DNA from: Bugula neritina
Taxonomy: Eukaryota > Animalia > Bryozoa
Length of the DNA: 64,000 bases
Direction of reading: 5' to 3'
Assembly (NCBI GenBank): GCA_964035545.1
Contig: OZ037767.1
Location: forward strand, 14,059,801-14,123,800
Below, in pieces: positions 1-11,300 of this stretch (its first letter is position 1; every line of letters starts with the position of its first letter). The notes under the pieces are model-generated. The model ran no database searches. It was not told the origin of the DNA and worked only from the letters and a program-made list of their open reading frames with translations. A program made the position numbers and the translations under genes.

Positions 1-317
1 ATAAATGCTGCAAAAATTAAAATATATGCTCATGTGCTGTAATTTTATTAAAATTGTTAAATAAGAAATATTTTCTCTATAATTTACATCTTTATTTAAA
101 TAAATAATTTTTATTTCATTTATTTATATAAAGTGATAAATGAAAAATGTTTACTGTTTACTTTTAGAAATTGCATTGGGATATGATTATAATACAGTAT
201 AACTATATATCATCAATTACTTTCAATGCTAGAAATCTCAAACTTTGTTGACTAAAAATATTTGTTTTGATTTGCATAACTGATGCAAAATAACAGAGTG
301 TAAAATAACAAATACAA

Positions 318-539
318 TCAATTCACACTCCTGTCTTTCTTAAACAGCCATTTTTCATCTCCGAGTAAATCAGCCAGTCTTTCGTTGTATGGTTTGAAGA
401 AATCATCAATTGTAATTCCAGAGTTGATTCAAAAACAGGGTTTTTTTCCTATGTTTACTTTTTTCATATTTTTGTCCTCAAGAATTTTGTTTCTGATACT
501 TAATTTAAAGAATTGAGACACTTTGCTCATTGTGGTAAT
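318..539 (-). pseudogene. Disabled terminal exon of a CHST15/heparan-sulfate-type sulfotransferase
   Basis: After acceptor ttttag, the frame reads ITTMSKVSQFFKL...GKKPCF*INSGITIDDFFKPYNERLADLLGDEKWLFKKDRSVN*. The end resembles the sulfotransferase C-terminal motif FxxPxNxxLAxLLxDxxW. In-frame TGA at 429-431. No upstream exons were recognised in the window. Confidence 0.55.
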
Positions 540-549
540 CTAAAACAAT

Positions 550-557
550 TATATATA

Positions 558-623
<66 letters not shown>

Positions 624-634
624 TATATATATAT
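550..634. repeat. (TA)n microsatellite
   Basis: Direct reading. Confidence 0.95.
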
Positions 635-768
635 AAAATATGTAAAATGTATATTATAATACTAGTTATCAAATAGTGCTCAAAATTTTCTATGAAAGTT
701 GAGCTAAATACTATAAGTATGAATAAGGTTGTAATTGACTAAGATCTTTTATTTAAAATCAATTATAT

Positions 769-818
769 CACCTACAAATTTGTTTCGTAGCATGAAATTA
801 CTGCCACTCGTCAGGGTG
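769..818 (-). ncRNA. Minimal type I hammerhead ribozyme (Penelope-like element type)
   Basis: The minus strand reads cacc-CUGACGA-guggca-guaauuuca-ugcuac-GAAAC-aaauuu-GUA-ggug. It has the complete catalytic core, stem I cacc/ggug, a 6-bp stem II and a short palindromic stem III (ACAAAUUUGU). Predicted cleavage is between 773 and 772. Confidence 0.8.
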
Positions 819-862
819 TTTATACATCACCCTGACGAGTGGCAGTAATTTCATGCTACGAA
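784..862. repeat. Perfect 35-bp inverted repeat with 9-nt loop (inverted partial copy of the hammerhead)
   Basis: 784-818 ttcgtagcatgaaattactgccactcgtcagggtg is the exact reverse complement of 828-862. Confidence 0.95.
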
Positions 863-934
863 GAAGTGTGTAGAAGAGGTGTAGAAGTCTTTCTTATTGT
901 AGAAAATATAATAAAAAAGTCTGTATCCAAGATC

Positions 935-1930
935 TGTTCATGACGGACCCCTGCTTCGTGTGGATCTGCTTCAGCAACCCGCAATAGCAGAACACCCATT
1001 GTTCTAGAGCACACTGATGTGGGAATGACGCATCTGGAATAGCCAGGACGTCGGCCCACCGGGTAAAGTGGTCCATCAACATCAGAATCAAAGTGTTTCT
1101 TTGGCAGATAATGGCATATGTTTGACTAAGTCTACCGCCAGTGAACAGCTGGTGCCGATCAGTGGTCTCCGTGGGGCAGCCATGCTAACTAGCCTGGTAG
1201 AGCTTGCACAGCCGTATCCAAAATCACATGTCCTGAGTCAGTCCGGGCTAGTACCACCATAGCTGCAGACATCTAGTTACCTAATTGGCCTCAGCATGGG
1301 TCTGATTATGGGTATCTTAGATCAACTCTTGTTAAAGAGCGCATAGGCAGATCACCCGCTCACCTTTTTTATGACGGGTGTCAGCTGCCAGTGATATGGT
1401 CAACAGGCTATCCTGATTGACCTTGAGAAAATTCCAGCGGCGACAGAAATTTTGGAACTCAACGTCTCTTGTTTCTACTGCTCTTTGCTAGGTCGACTTC
1501 TTTTTTTTGGCTCGGCAGATGTCTGCTACTGTTTTGGTACAAAGTGGGGCTGGCACAGATGGCGTTGACAGCATCTGAGTGAGTTTTGAATTGCATATGA
1601 CCGTGCTCCCAGCTATAGGCGCTGTCCTCCCCCAACTGCTCCTTGGCGTCAAAGCAAGCAAGTCTCTTGTCATGTCTCTCTATGTGCAGGCACTCTTTAC
1701 ACTACTCCTCCAGATGGTGGCTCATGCCATTGGCATTCCCCTATTATTTAACAGCGCAATACTTTATCCTGTAAAAGAATTTAATAAGGATCTTCAAGTA
1801 ACAAGCTACTTGACTCGAAGGTTCAGCACACTTACACAGCCATATCAGTGACGCATGGTCTGTTCGTAGCTTGAACGTTCATCCATGCAATTTTGGCCAA
1901 AAGTGTTTAACCGCCTTGACTGCTGCTAAG
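935..1930 (-). mobile_element. Degenerate Ty3/Gypsy LTR-retrotransposon pol (integrase) remnant
   Basis: Integrase core-like ILMLMDHFTRWADVLAIPDA...VFCYCGLLKQIHTKQG. It is preceded by an HHCC-like segment (THNQTHA...WWY*PGLTQDM...C) containing stops and frameshifts. Boundaries are approximate. Confidence 0.75.
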
Positions 1931-2074
1931 AGTTCTTTTCAGGTGGTGCAGTAGTTATTCTCCGCAGTCAAGAAAGTCTTGTTGTAGTAAGACACTACTA
2001 CCTCTGTTTCACTCTGGACTAGTGGCAAGACAGCCCCATGCTGTGGTCACTAGTTTCAGTGTCCATGCAGGATG

Positions 2075-2235
2075 GAAAACCCCTGATGAAAGGGTTTTTT
2101 GTTAAATCGGACTAAGGACTTGAATTGTGACTGGTTGCGCTTCCTAACATCACCAATAGATTTTTTCGGGTTTGAAACCATGGCTTCATGTTAACTTATA
2201 GGCAAAGGTTCTAACCCCTAGACCACAGCTGCTCC
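2075..2235 (-). mobile_element. tRNA-derived SINE, family A
   Basis: Reverse complement of the element at 21952-22163, sharing the ggtgatgttaggaag core and the ccatcaggggtttt tail. Confidence 0.8.
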
Positions 2236-3057
2236 TTTTATTATTTGCTAATATACGAACTGTTTACTACAGAACTCACTTAGATTGTTTTGGCTCTTCC
2301 ACTGTAAAAAGTTTGAAATAACAACATATAGGATCCTAATACGCTAGAATTACAAATGCACATTAACCATTCAATTACACAAATGTTCTAGATTTAGTCT
2401 CAATTATTAAGAATTTACTGATAAAAATACTGACAAGAATTGTTTGGTAGATTTTTGAATTTTCAATTCATTTATTTTTGCAAACATTTGAAACTCAACT
2501 TTCTATTTTATTTATTTGAAAAAAAATTCAATTCCATGCAAAAATATTAAAAATATATTACAATTGGATTGTTTCCTTATACTGTATAGAGTATAGACTC
2601 ATGGTATTATTATGTTTGCAGTAGCATCAAATCGAACATACAACTCTTGGGAAGACAACTCTGGACTTTATCAATTGCACTTGCGTTCAAATATAAGATA
2701 GATGCCGAACAACAATACAGGGTGAACAACTATAAGTCTAATTGAATTATTAAGAAACCGTTTCAAAAAAATATATATTGTAAATTTTCTATTTAATGTT
2801 TTTTCAAAATTGACTTCTTAATCAAATAATAAAAAAGCAAGTAAGTTTTAAAGGCATCACTAACACACTATCAGCTAGCTAATGCTCATAATATGTTATA
2901 GAGAATCTATATTGGATCACACTTATGATACAGTGTGTTGCGGTTTGTTTGTTGAGTAAATCAACTAACACTGCTATATAATGTTTTTAATGCTAAACAC
3001 TGAAGCTGGAATTATCAAAGTTATTTAATCTAAAATCTTTGTAATCATTTGAAAAAT

Positions 3058-3352
3058 CTGGTGTTAATGGTTGGCGCACTTGCTTGCAAGCTGAAGGTCT
3101 CGGGTTTGAATCCCAGTAGAAGCAAAGTTTATTTCAGCCTTTAGTGAAGTGTAGTAGTACTCCGAGGGAGTTGAGAGGCTAGAAGAGCCTGATGACTGAA
3201 GGAGTAGTAGATAGGCCAGTGGAGTTCTTGTGAGAGGCCAGGTGAGATGTATTTAACATGGATTTGACCCAGTGGTATCCGTGATGTAATAGTTAGCGAG
3301 CTTGCTTGCAAGCCCAAGGTCTCGGGTTCGAATTCCAGTGGGGAAAAATTAT
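3058..3352 (+). mobile_element. tRNA-derived repeat family B, dimeric form (head-spacer-head)
   Basis: Two tRNA-like heads with A box (ggtgttaatgg / gatgtaatag) and B box (ggtttgaatcc / ggttcgaattcc), separated by a ~135-bp spacer that is shared with 5229-5560. Confidence 0.75.
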
Positions 3353-5035
3353 TTTCTAGAACAACCATAGTTTCAAAAACATTTTTGAAAGCTTTTTAAC
3401 TTGTGTATTCTTTTGCTGATGAAAATTAGATTTCTAAACTATTTAGTCTACAGGCCACAGTTTGGTGTAACCCGCTCATACAGAATATAAATATTTATGA
3501 TTATATGTTGCAATTCGTTATAGGTGCAGTGACCAGTACAGTTGTAATTGCAACAAACCTCAACCAATGAACACTTTTTCATCTTTCACTTGGCTTGATT
3601 TAACAACGTAAACATATAATATAAAGGTTTTTTAAGCCAATTCTTTTATTCATTTCTTTTTTTTTTAAGGTCAACAATTTCAATTTGTTCCGATTTAAAG
3701 TTAACAAAGCACTAAAGACAGCCTTGAATGCTATTTATTGTGTTGAGAAATTAGAATCAATCATAGATTGGAAACAATTAATCTTACATATTGAATTCAA
3801 ACTGAAAACACCAAAGGAGCTAAAACTTTCTTTTTAGTTATGCAATGTTGAACAACACAATAAATGCATTTATATATTAACAACAATTGCATTGTGTAAA
3901 TGAAATAACTACATGTGTGGGGGGTGGTAAGCTCGTGTTACAGTCTGCTTTTTATAGCCACTGAGTTTTGCCTGATATAACCACCTGTAGGTCAGTACTT
4001 CTCAACTTATTCACTTTATTTCAGTAAATTTTATGCACATGAATATTGTGTTATGCAATCATCATTGGATGAGCCACTTGCTAGCTATTTGTAAATGTAT
4101 TGCAGCTAGTTTTTGAGGTAAGTTCCGGAAATTTATCTAATCCTATCATTTAACTGCATTTGGAGGCAGTACTCTACATAATGCTGCTAGCTTACTTTGA
4201 GCTAGTGTGAATTCTTTGTAGAGTATTCAAACTTGCATATAGGTGCTTATTGGGAGTAGTTAAATCTGTTGTTAGCTATTAGAAGCTTAATACAGAAGAT
4301 TTGGTAGTCTAGAATATAACGAGCCACCACAAAGGTCTAGAATAGCTCATATTTCTTTACCTCTTATTTTCTTCAGTTTCTTAGAAGTAGAGAATTAATA
4401 CTTCGATGTGATGAATATATATATATAAGTAGTTGAAGCTAATTGTGTAAAATTAGTTACTTCTTCTGCTGTCTGTAAGAAAGAAGTTATTTAAGTCACT
4501 TTTATCCAACAGCATTCTGTCAAGCTTTCTTGGAAAAGTAATACAGCTGCATCCTTTGCTAGTAAAAAGAGATTAATTGGTATTATTGACAAAAAGCAAT
4601 TACATAAAAAAGAAATATAATACCATAACAGCCAAATTGATTAGATTTGTATAGCTATAGGGCTTCTATCAAGATATCACTATCAGAATATGATATCTTT
4701 TTAAAGTATACCTATGTAAAAAAAGACACTTTAAGCTATGCTAAATTTGTGTATTGTATAGTGTTACTTTAATTAAACTTTGTTGTATTTTTTTAATTAG
4801 GTTGTGCCTTTCAATCTAAACATAGAGCTCAAATTCTAATGAGTTTACAAGATAGATGTCAAATATAACTTACTTGTAAGATTAATTAAGTAGAAGGTTT
4901 AATTGTGTGCATGTGATATACAGAATGTTAGTAGAATAGCTGTGTACATGGCTGAATAATGTTGCATACGGCACAGCACTTGCTTGTGTTTTATGAATTG
5001 TGTATCTCTTTAGTTTCTGAACATTAGGAGCAAAA

Positions 5036-6875
5036 ATGGCTGAAAACTATGCTAAAGCTCAAAGAAATAAAAGAGATTTCGACAGGACAATGAAAATATT
5101 AGACAGAGAGAATAAAATGAAACTTCATCTACTCAACAATGCGAAACAGCAAATTGGGGCCGGCTTATTGGTAAGTTTTGGGTGTGTCTAATATTATAAT
5201 ATATTAAAAAGTTGCAGACATAGGTTTTAGTGTTGGGTTTACCTAGTGGACCCTGTGGTGTAATGGTTAGGGCAGCTCCTTGCTAGCCGGATGTTTCGGA
5301 GTTTGAATCCAAGTCAGGGCAAGAGTTTTACTAGCTATTCCGGTCTTTAGTAAAAAGTAGTAGTAGTACTTCGAGGAAGTGAAAAGCCAGGGGAGCCCGA
5401 AGACTGAAGGAGTTATAGTAGAGAAGCCAGAGGAGTTCTAAAAAACGTTAGGTGTGATGCAGTCTTAAGATTACCCAGGTGCTGGCCTGAGGTGTAATGG
5501 TTGGTGTGCCTGCTTTCAAACCGAAGGTCTCGGGTTCGAATCCCAGTAGTGGCAAAAGTTTTTTTTATTATGGTCTCCTTGATAAAATACAAATATCAAC
5601 AATCATAAGAATTACCCTCAACAAAAATAATATTTTCTTTATATGTAACCCATGTCAAGTTGTTATAGCATGATGCTGCACAGCAATACCCACCAGCTTT
5701 AAAATAAAACAATTTGCAATAATAAAAGCCTTTTAAAAACATTTTATTGTAACTTTTATTTCTCAGTAAATTTGTTTTATAATTTATTTAAAGGATCTTC
5801 AATCAAAGAGCAAGAACCTCTCTGACACCATAACTTTCATCACAACTAAACTGATAGAAGAAAAGAAGGATGCAGAAGAACAGCTGAGACAGATGTCTAT
5901 TGACAGGAGCAATGCAAGGCACACACACGAACTGACCCCCGAAATAGCCACGGAAGTGGAGACAATGCGCAACAAAATTTTACTTTGCAAGTTCGTCAAT
6001 AGTTTTAGCTTTGTGTCAGTGTGGGAAAATGTGTTTTAACTTGCTATTTAACCAATCAGATAAATATCTTCTTGCTAGTTTGAAATCTGGGTTAACAACA
6101 TAATAATTTTACTTTTCGGGCAGACAAGCTTTATAACTTTACTTGAAAAAGATTTAACTTGCTTGTTATATCTGTCTCAAAAAATTAATTATGTTTTAAC
6201 TTGTGCTGTGAATTAGCAGTTTGAGGCAATCTTCGATGTTGGAAAGTTGAAACTATAAAATATAATAATGTTTTTTTCATTTATGCAGCAAAAAAACTTG
6301 CTGATAATATATAAGGAATTTGCAGTTTATTTTAATTTTTATGGAAAACAGCATAGAAATTAGATATGGGCTGTTTCTCAGCGCTATAACAGTTATATAC
6401 AACATGCAATATAATTTTTTATATGAAAACTAAGCATTTTCTTTTTAGAGATAAATTAAATTGGCTGGACCCTCAAAAACCTACAATAAAGAAGCAGATG
6501 AACGTAGTGGAAATCCTAACCAGTAAAAAGCAGGGTTTCGGGGCGATGCTGAGTAAAATCAGAGAGGCTAAAGATATTCCAACTCATAAAGCGAAAGAAG
6601 AAAATGATGAAGGAGAAAAACCTGCACCAGAAAAGCCTTCCTCTCCAAATGATATTTCTAGTTTAATTGAGCATTTCAAGACTCTGCCAAAGATCTACCC
6701 TTCCAAGCCAAAGAAAAAGAAGCCAAAGCCTACAGTGCTAATGCTTGAGAAGTACGCAGCAAAAAAGAAAGAGCGGGAAAAGGCTATGTCATATGTGACT
6801 CGCAGAAGAATTAAAAGGGCGGAGTTTCATTACGACACACTGAAGGACCTTTTCCTGTCAGTTACTAAAGTTTGA
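5036..6875 (+). CDS. Uncharacterised ~250-aa Lys/Glu-rich, probably coiled-coil protein (3 coding exons)
   Basis: Exons 5036-5170, 5794-5990 and 6449-6875 join in frame through GT-AG introns: MAENYAKAQRNKRDFDRTMKILDRENK...DLQSKSKNL...DKLNWLDPQKP...DLFLSVTKV*. The exon-2 donor (gttcgt) is the least certain boundary. Confidence 0.65.
5229..5560 (+). mobile_element. tRNA-derived repeat family B, dimeric form
   Basis: Leader agtgttgggtttacctagtgg, then tRNA-like head, spacer (ctttagt...gtagtagtact...gactgaaggag...ggagttct) and a second head. Colinear with 3058-3352. Confidence 0.75.
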
Positions 6876-6947
6876 AAAGCAGTAGTAGTAGCAGTAGTAT
6901 GCAATGATCTAAAACTGTATACATGAAAGTGTGGTGCAATAGACTCC

Positions 6948-7092
6948 GATGTGATGTGACAGTACAATACATGTGTTGTGACAATACAATACTTGTGTTG
7001 TGACAGTACAATACATGTGTTGTGACAGTACAATACATGTGTTGTGACAGTACAATACATGTGATGTGACAGTACAATACATGTGTTGTGGC
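6948..7092. repeat. 22-bp minisatellite (gtgacagtacaatacatgtgtt), ~6 copies, in presumed 3' UTR
   Basis: Direct reading. It accounts for the three overlapping minus-strand ORFs here. Confidence 0.9.
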
Positions 7093-8362
7093 AATGCAGT
7101 CCTGTGTTGTTGCTTTGAAAAGGTTTCAAATAGGTTGTATTTTATACATATATTATATGGACATTAACAGAAAGTTTTCCTCCAGCGAGAAGATAACTGA
7201 TAATATCAAAATTTCAACAAGCTCAATATAGCGGAATAAATTTTAGAAAGCAATATTAGAATTGAAAATTCAACCTGTAAAATTATTTTTGCTGTCAAAA
7301 TTCTGCATTTTATAGTTGTTCTACTTAATAAGAAATTTTTATTACAATTTTAATAAGAGATTTGTATTAAATGGCTCAAATGTGACAGTATAATTGTAAA
7401 AGGTAATATAACAGTCAAAATTATTACAGGATTCTTGAAGATTTTTGTTGTTGTTACAATTACAATAATTTTGTGAGATACTTTTAGTCAATTATTTGCA
7501 CAGCTCATAATAATTTTCTAATCGAATATTAAACATTTTATCTTTTTAGAATTTTGTTTGCTAACATATTTAAAACTATAACCAACTATAATCTTTTAGA
7601 ATAAATTGTGCAGTTAAAATTATGTATAATAAATTATAATTTTGTATCTCATTTTTTGAAAATTTAATTGTTTGGGAATAAAGTAGCTATATAGGTACTG
7701 TTTGCTGTTTATATTGCTTGCACGATTATTTTCCCTCTATTAATCCATATTATTAATTATATTTGCATAGTAAATTATAATATATGTATTGTAATTTAAG
7801 TAAGTTAAGTAAGTTGTGAAATACTAAAGAAGAAATTTAAAGGATAAGTACAGTTGTTTTACACAGATAAGTATAATATAGGCTATTGTAATTTGTAATA
7901 TAATAATTATTTTACATTCACCATCAAGTAGTTATAGTAGGGTTGTCTGCTCAATGCCGAGTACAAGTATTTTCATACTTGTCAAGTGCCCTCGCTGACC
8001 AGTAACAAAGGGTATATAATATTATTACCTCAGCAGCAGCAGCATTGAAATGGAGTAAACATGTTCCCACATAGTATTTTTGAGCTGTATTTTTTACCGC
8101 AAACTCGGCAGATCTGCCAACTGGAATGACATAATATCTTATAACATTCTTTTCCAAGATTTCAAGAGGTTTTTACAAAGGGTTAAAGTTCACGCTGAGT
8201 TTTCATTTCAGTTGGTCCGCCTATCTTTAAGTAGCGATTCCAGTTATTTGAGGAACACGATATCAAGCACATTTTGTAACAAATAGTGATAGTCTTGACA
8301 GTGACTTGGGCATAAACTTATCTTTCAAAGATATATATTAATATATTCTGCTTTGTTTAAAA

Positions 8363-11300
8363 ATGAACTCTGAAAGTATTAGGTCGGATGATTCATATTC
8401 TGATGTCATACTTGCTAAAATGCAAAAGAAGAAACGGCCGAAGGTATTGAATAACTATAAGTATAAGTATAACATTATCATTATGATTATGATTAAGTTT
8501 AACTTATAAGAATTTCATTATAATTTTTTTAATTTTATTTAAATAATCATTTTTATTATATTTATATAATTAATTTAGAATTTAATGATGATTATAACCA
8601 ATAATGTCACTTACTGTTAGTTTTACTTTATAGTGACCGAGTTGCATAATGATAATTATATTATATATTTAATTTCATAATAATATTAATTTAAAATGCT
8701 GAATTTTTAAAGCTGTCAGCAACAGTGATGCTGATACTCTACTCATACTCATGGTCATACTGATGCTCATACTCATAGTGATAATGATAGACATAGCGGC
8801 GTAATTGTATTACAGCTAGTGTTACTTTTAGTGTTGCTATTGCACATTACTCATTAGACTTACTCTTAGAGTTAGTAATGTAACAGGAATGTCTAATAAC
8901 TATAACTTAGTCTTATAAGTTATAAGTAATAACTATAAGTACCTGTACTGCAAATAGTAATAGTACTACGTATACTGTCTATTACTAGAGCTAAACATTG
9001 CCAAACTCAATGTGAGTTTCAATGTCATTATGATTATAGAATTAGATAGAATAATGACAGTGACAATATGATATTGGTAATCATAATAGTGAGATACAAA
9101 GTTCTGTAAGACTAAATAATCAGAGCAATTTTTATTTTCAAACCGAACTCAAGTTTTATATTCAAGTTAAATCATTTAGCTAGCTAATAATTATAATATA
9201 TTCTGATGATCATAATGATAATTGAATTGTTTTGTTTTATAGATCTACTAATAGTATAAGTAACTAGTCTCACTGTCAAAGTGAGAATATACTAATTATT
9301 GTGATGCTTAGACTCATTTACCATATAAATTTAACTGCAATGAATTAAAAACTCAATTTGAATGTTGGTATGGCCTATTTACTACTAGTACTAATGAATA
9401 ATAGCAGCTAAATAAGTTTATATCGATTCAAACTGAATATTTGATGTAATTGTAAAATAACTGTTTTCGATTTTTGTAGTATCATTGTGTTCATATTTTA
9501 TTTCAATTTTGATACTTAATGTCAATAGTAGCCTTTATCATTTATATTAACACAGTTTAGTGATCACCAATATACTGATTATTGTACACTGATACTCCAA
9601 CTATAGTTGTGTTGTTAAAAGTTGTTGTTATTTTTAAGTTGCAATTATGAAGTTCAGTCTTCCTAAGTAGGCAATAGCAAATCAATGAATTAAGTATTGT
9701 ATGTGTTTTGCATTTTAGAATCAAGAGTTTGTTGGTTTTAAAGAAAAGAAAAAGGAATGTAAGTATTGAAATTATATAATGTTTTAGTTGATCGGATTGT
9801 AAGTTTCTTGCCTTCAAATTTTTGTTTTACTTAGAGATTAGAAAAGACATAATTTGCAGTTGAGTTATGATTGATGGATTGGTTTATTTATTTATTTATT
9901 TATTACATATCACAGGCATGAAAATGCGTTGCAAGATTCAGTGTAAATACTGGCCATAATAAGTAGGCATCAACAAAAGTAGACAGAGAAAAAAAGTCAG
10001 AACTCTGTTGGATTATTTGAAATAAAAAATCATTTAAAGTAGTTAGACATTTGATAGCGCATCTCGTACAAGCAGCTCTGTTTAAGTTCAAGGTCACTAG
10101 GTTTTTATTTTCCATTATTTTGTCGATAGTCAAGCAGCAAAAGAGGAAATGGGAAGAGGAGAAAGCGATGAACAAGATAAGAAAAAAGATGGAGGCGGAG
10201 CAGAAGGCTAAAGAGGAGGAGGACTTGAAGAAAAGTCAGCGGGAGAAGTTTGGTCGCAGTTGGACAGTCAGCATAGCTCTTCCTGGCAGCATAGTTGAGA
10301 ATGCTCAGTCAGACGAAGAGAAAACTAACCTCTCTGGATACGTAAGTTCTTGAGTCCTGATTACTTGTCATCCCTTTAGCTTACGACGAGTTTTTGTTAA
10401 TTTATAGGAGGCTTTTTGAAAATATTGTTTGCTCATAAGCTTGATAAAACTGCTTAGCATTTTGCTTGTTGCATAATTATTCATTATTTTTCTTACATCT
10501 AAAAACGTTATGCTTAATATTTAACTCAACTAGTGTAGTTTACTGTCTTTAACTTTGTGATTTTTATGGAAGCGTGTAAGTTAGAAATAAAAGAATAAAT
10601 CTTCATGGATTAAACAAGTAGCTGTGAGTCTATTGTCCAAGTTTTCAGACGTCGTTATTGAATGACGTCGACAATTATTCTATGGTGTTTGATGGAGTAG
10701 CATTATGATTGCTTTGTTACCTTCAGATTGCAAGAGCTGCCACTGTGTTCTGTGTGGATGAAATAGTCGTCTTTGATGAGTTAAAATCTATTACAAGGTA
10801 CTGTATTGGCTGTTCATTTTCTAAAATTTTATTACAAGGTATTTTGTTGGTTGTTTTATGTGTTTACATTTTATTACAAAGTAGTGTATTGGTTGTGCTA
10901 TATTTTATAACAAGTTATTTCATTGGCTGATTTATTTCTCAACATTTACTTACAATATAGTATATTGGCCGTTTTATTTTCTCACTTGAAATGTAACACT
11001 TTATTTCAAAAAGGATGAAATATTATTTAAGCTGACAAGAAACTGTAGTAGAAGTACTGGCATTTAAGCTTTGCAGTTAGACGGTCTAAATTCATGAGAC
11101 ACACAGGCATCAGATATCTACTGGCCTACAATGATGTTTCATATCCAAGTGTTGTTTCCCTCCAGTAAAGGAAGTTGTGCAGCTGGCGCTGCTGCTTCTC
11201 ATTAAAAGATAAACAGATATTGAGCAGGAAATGACCATAAATATGGCCTAATATTGTTGTTTTCAGTTGTATAAATGGATTTGTTATTCAGAAATGAGGA

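Noticed and set aside
429-431. In-frame TGA as selenocysteine
   Set aside because: Better explained by compensating frameshifts. No SECIS was recognised, and this family is not known as selenoproteins.
3188-3230. ctgatga in the family B spacer as a hammerhead core
   Set aside because: There is no stem II/GAAA partner, and the motif is not conserved in the second copy (ccgaaga).
3058-3352. Functional tRNA genes (cttgcaag loop suggests a TGC anticodon)
   Set aside because: Copies are mutually divergent, lack consistent acceptor stems and are dispersed with shared flanks, so they are treated as tRNA-derived repeats.
2620-3840. Exon-like + strand segments (e.g. CSDQYSCNCNKPQP near 3525-3607)
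   Set aside because: I could not join them into a consistent frame or recognise a product.
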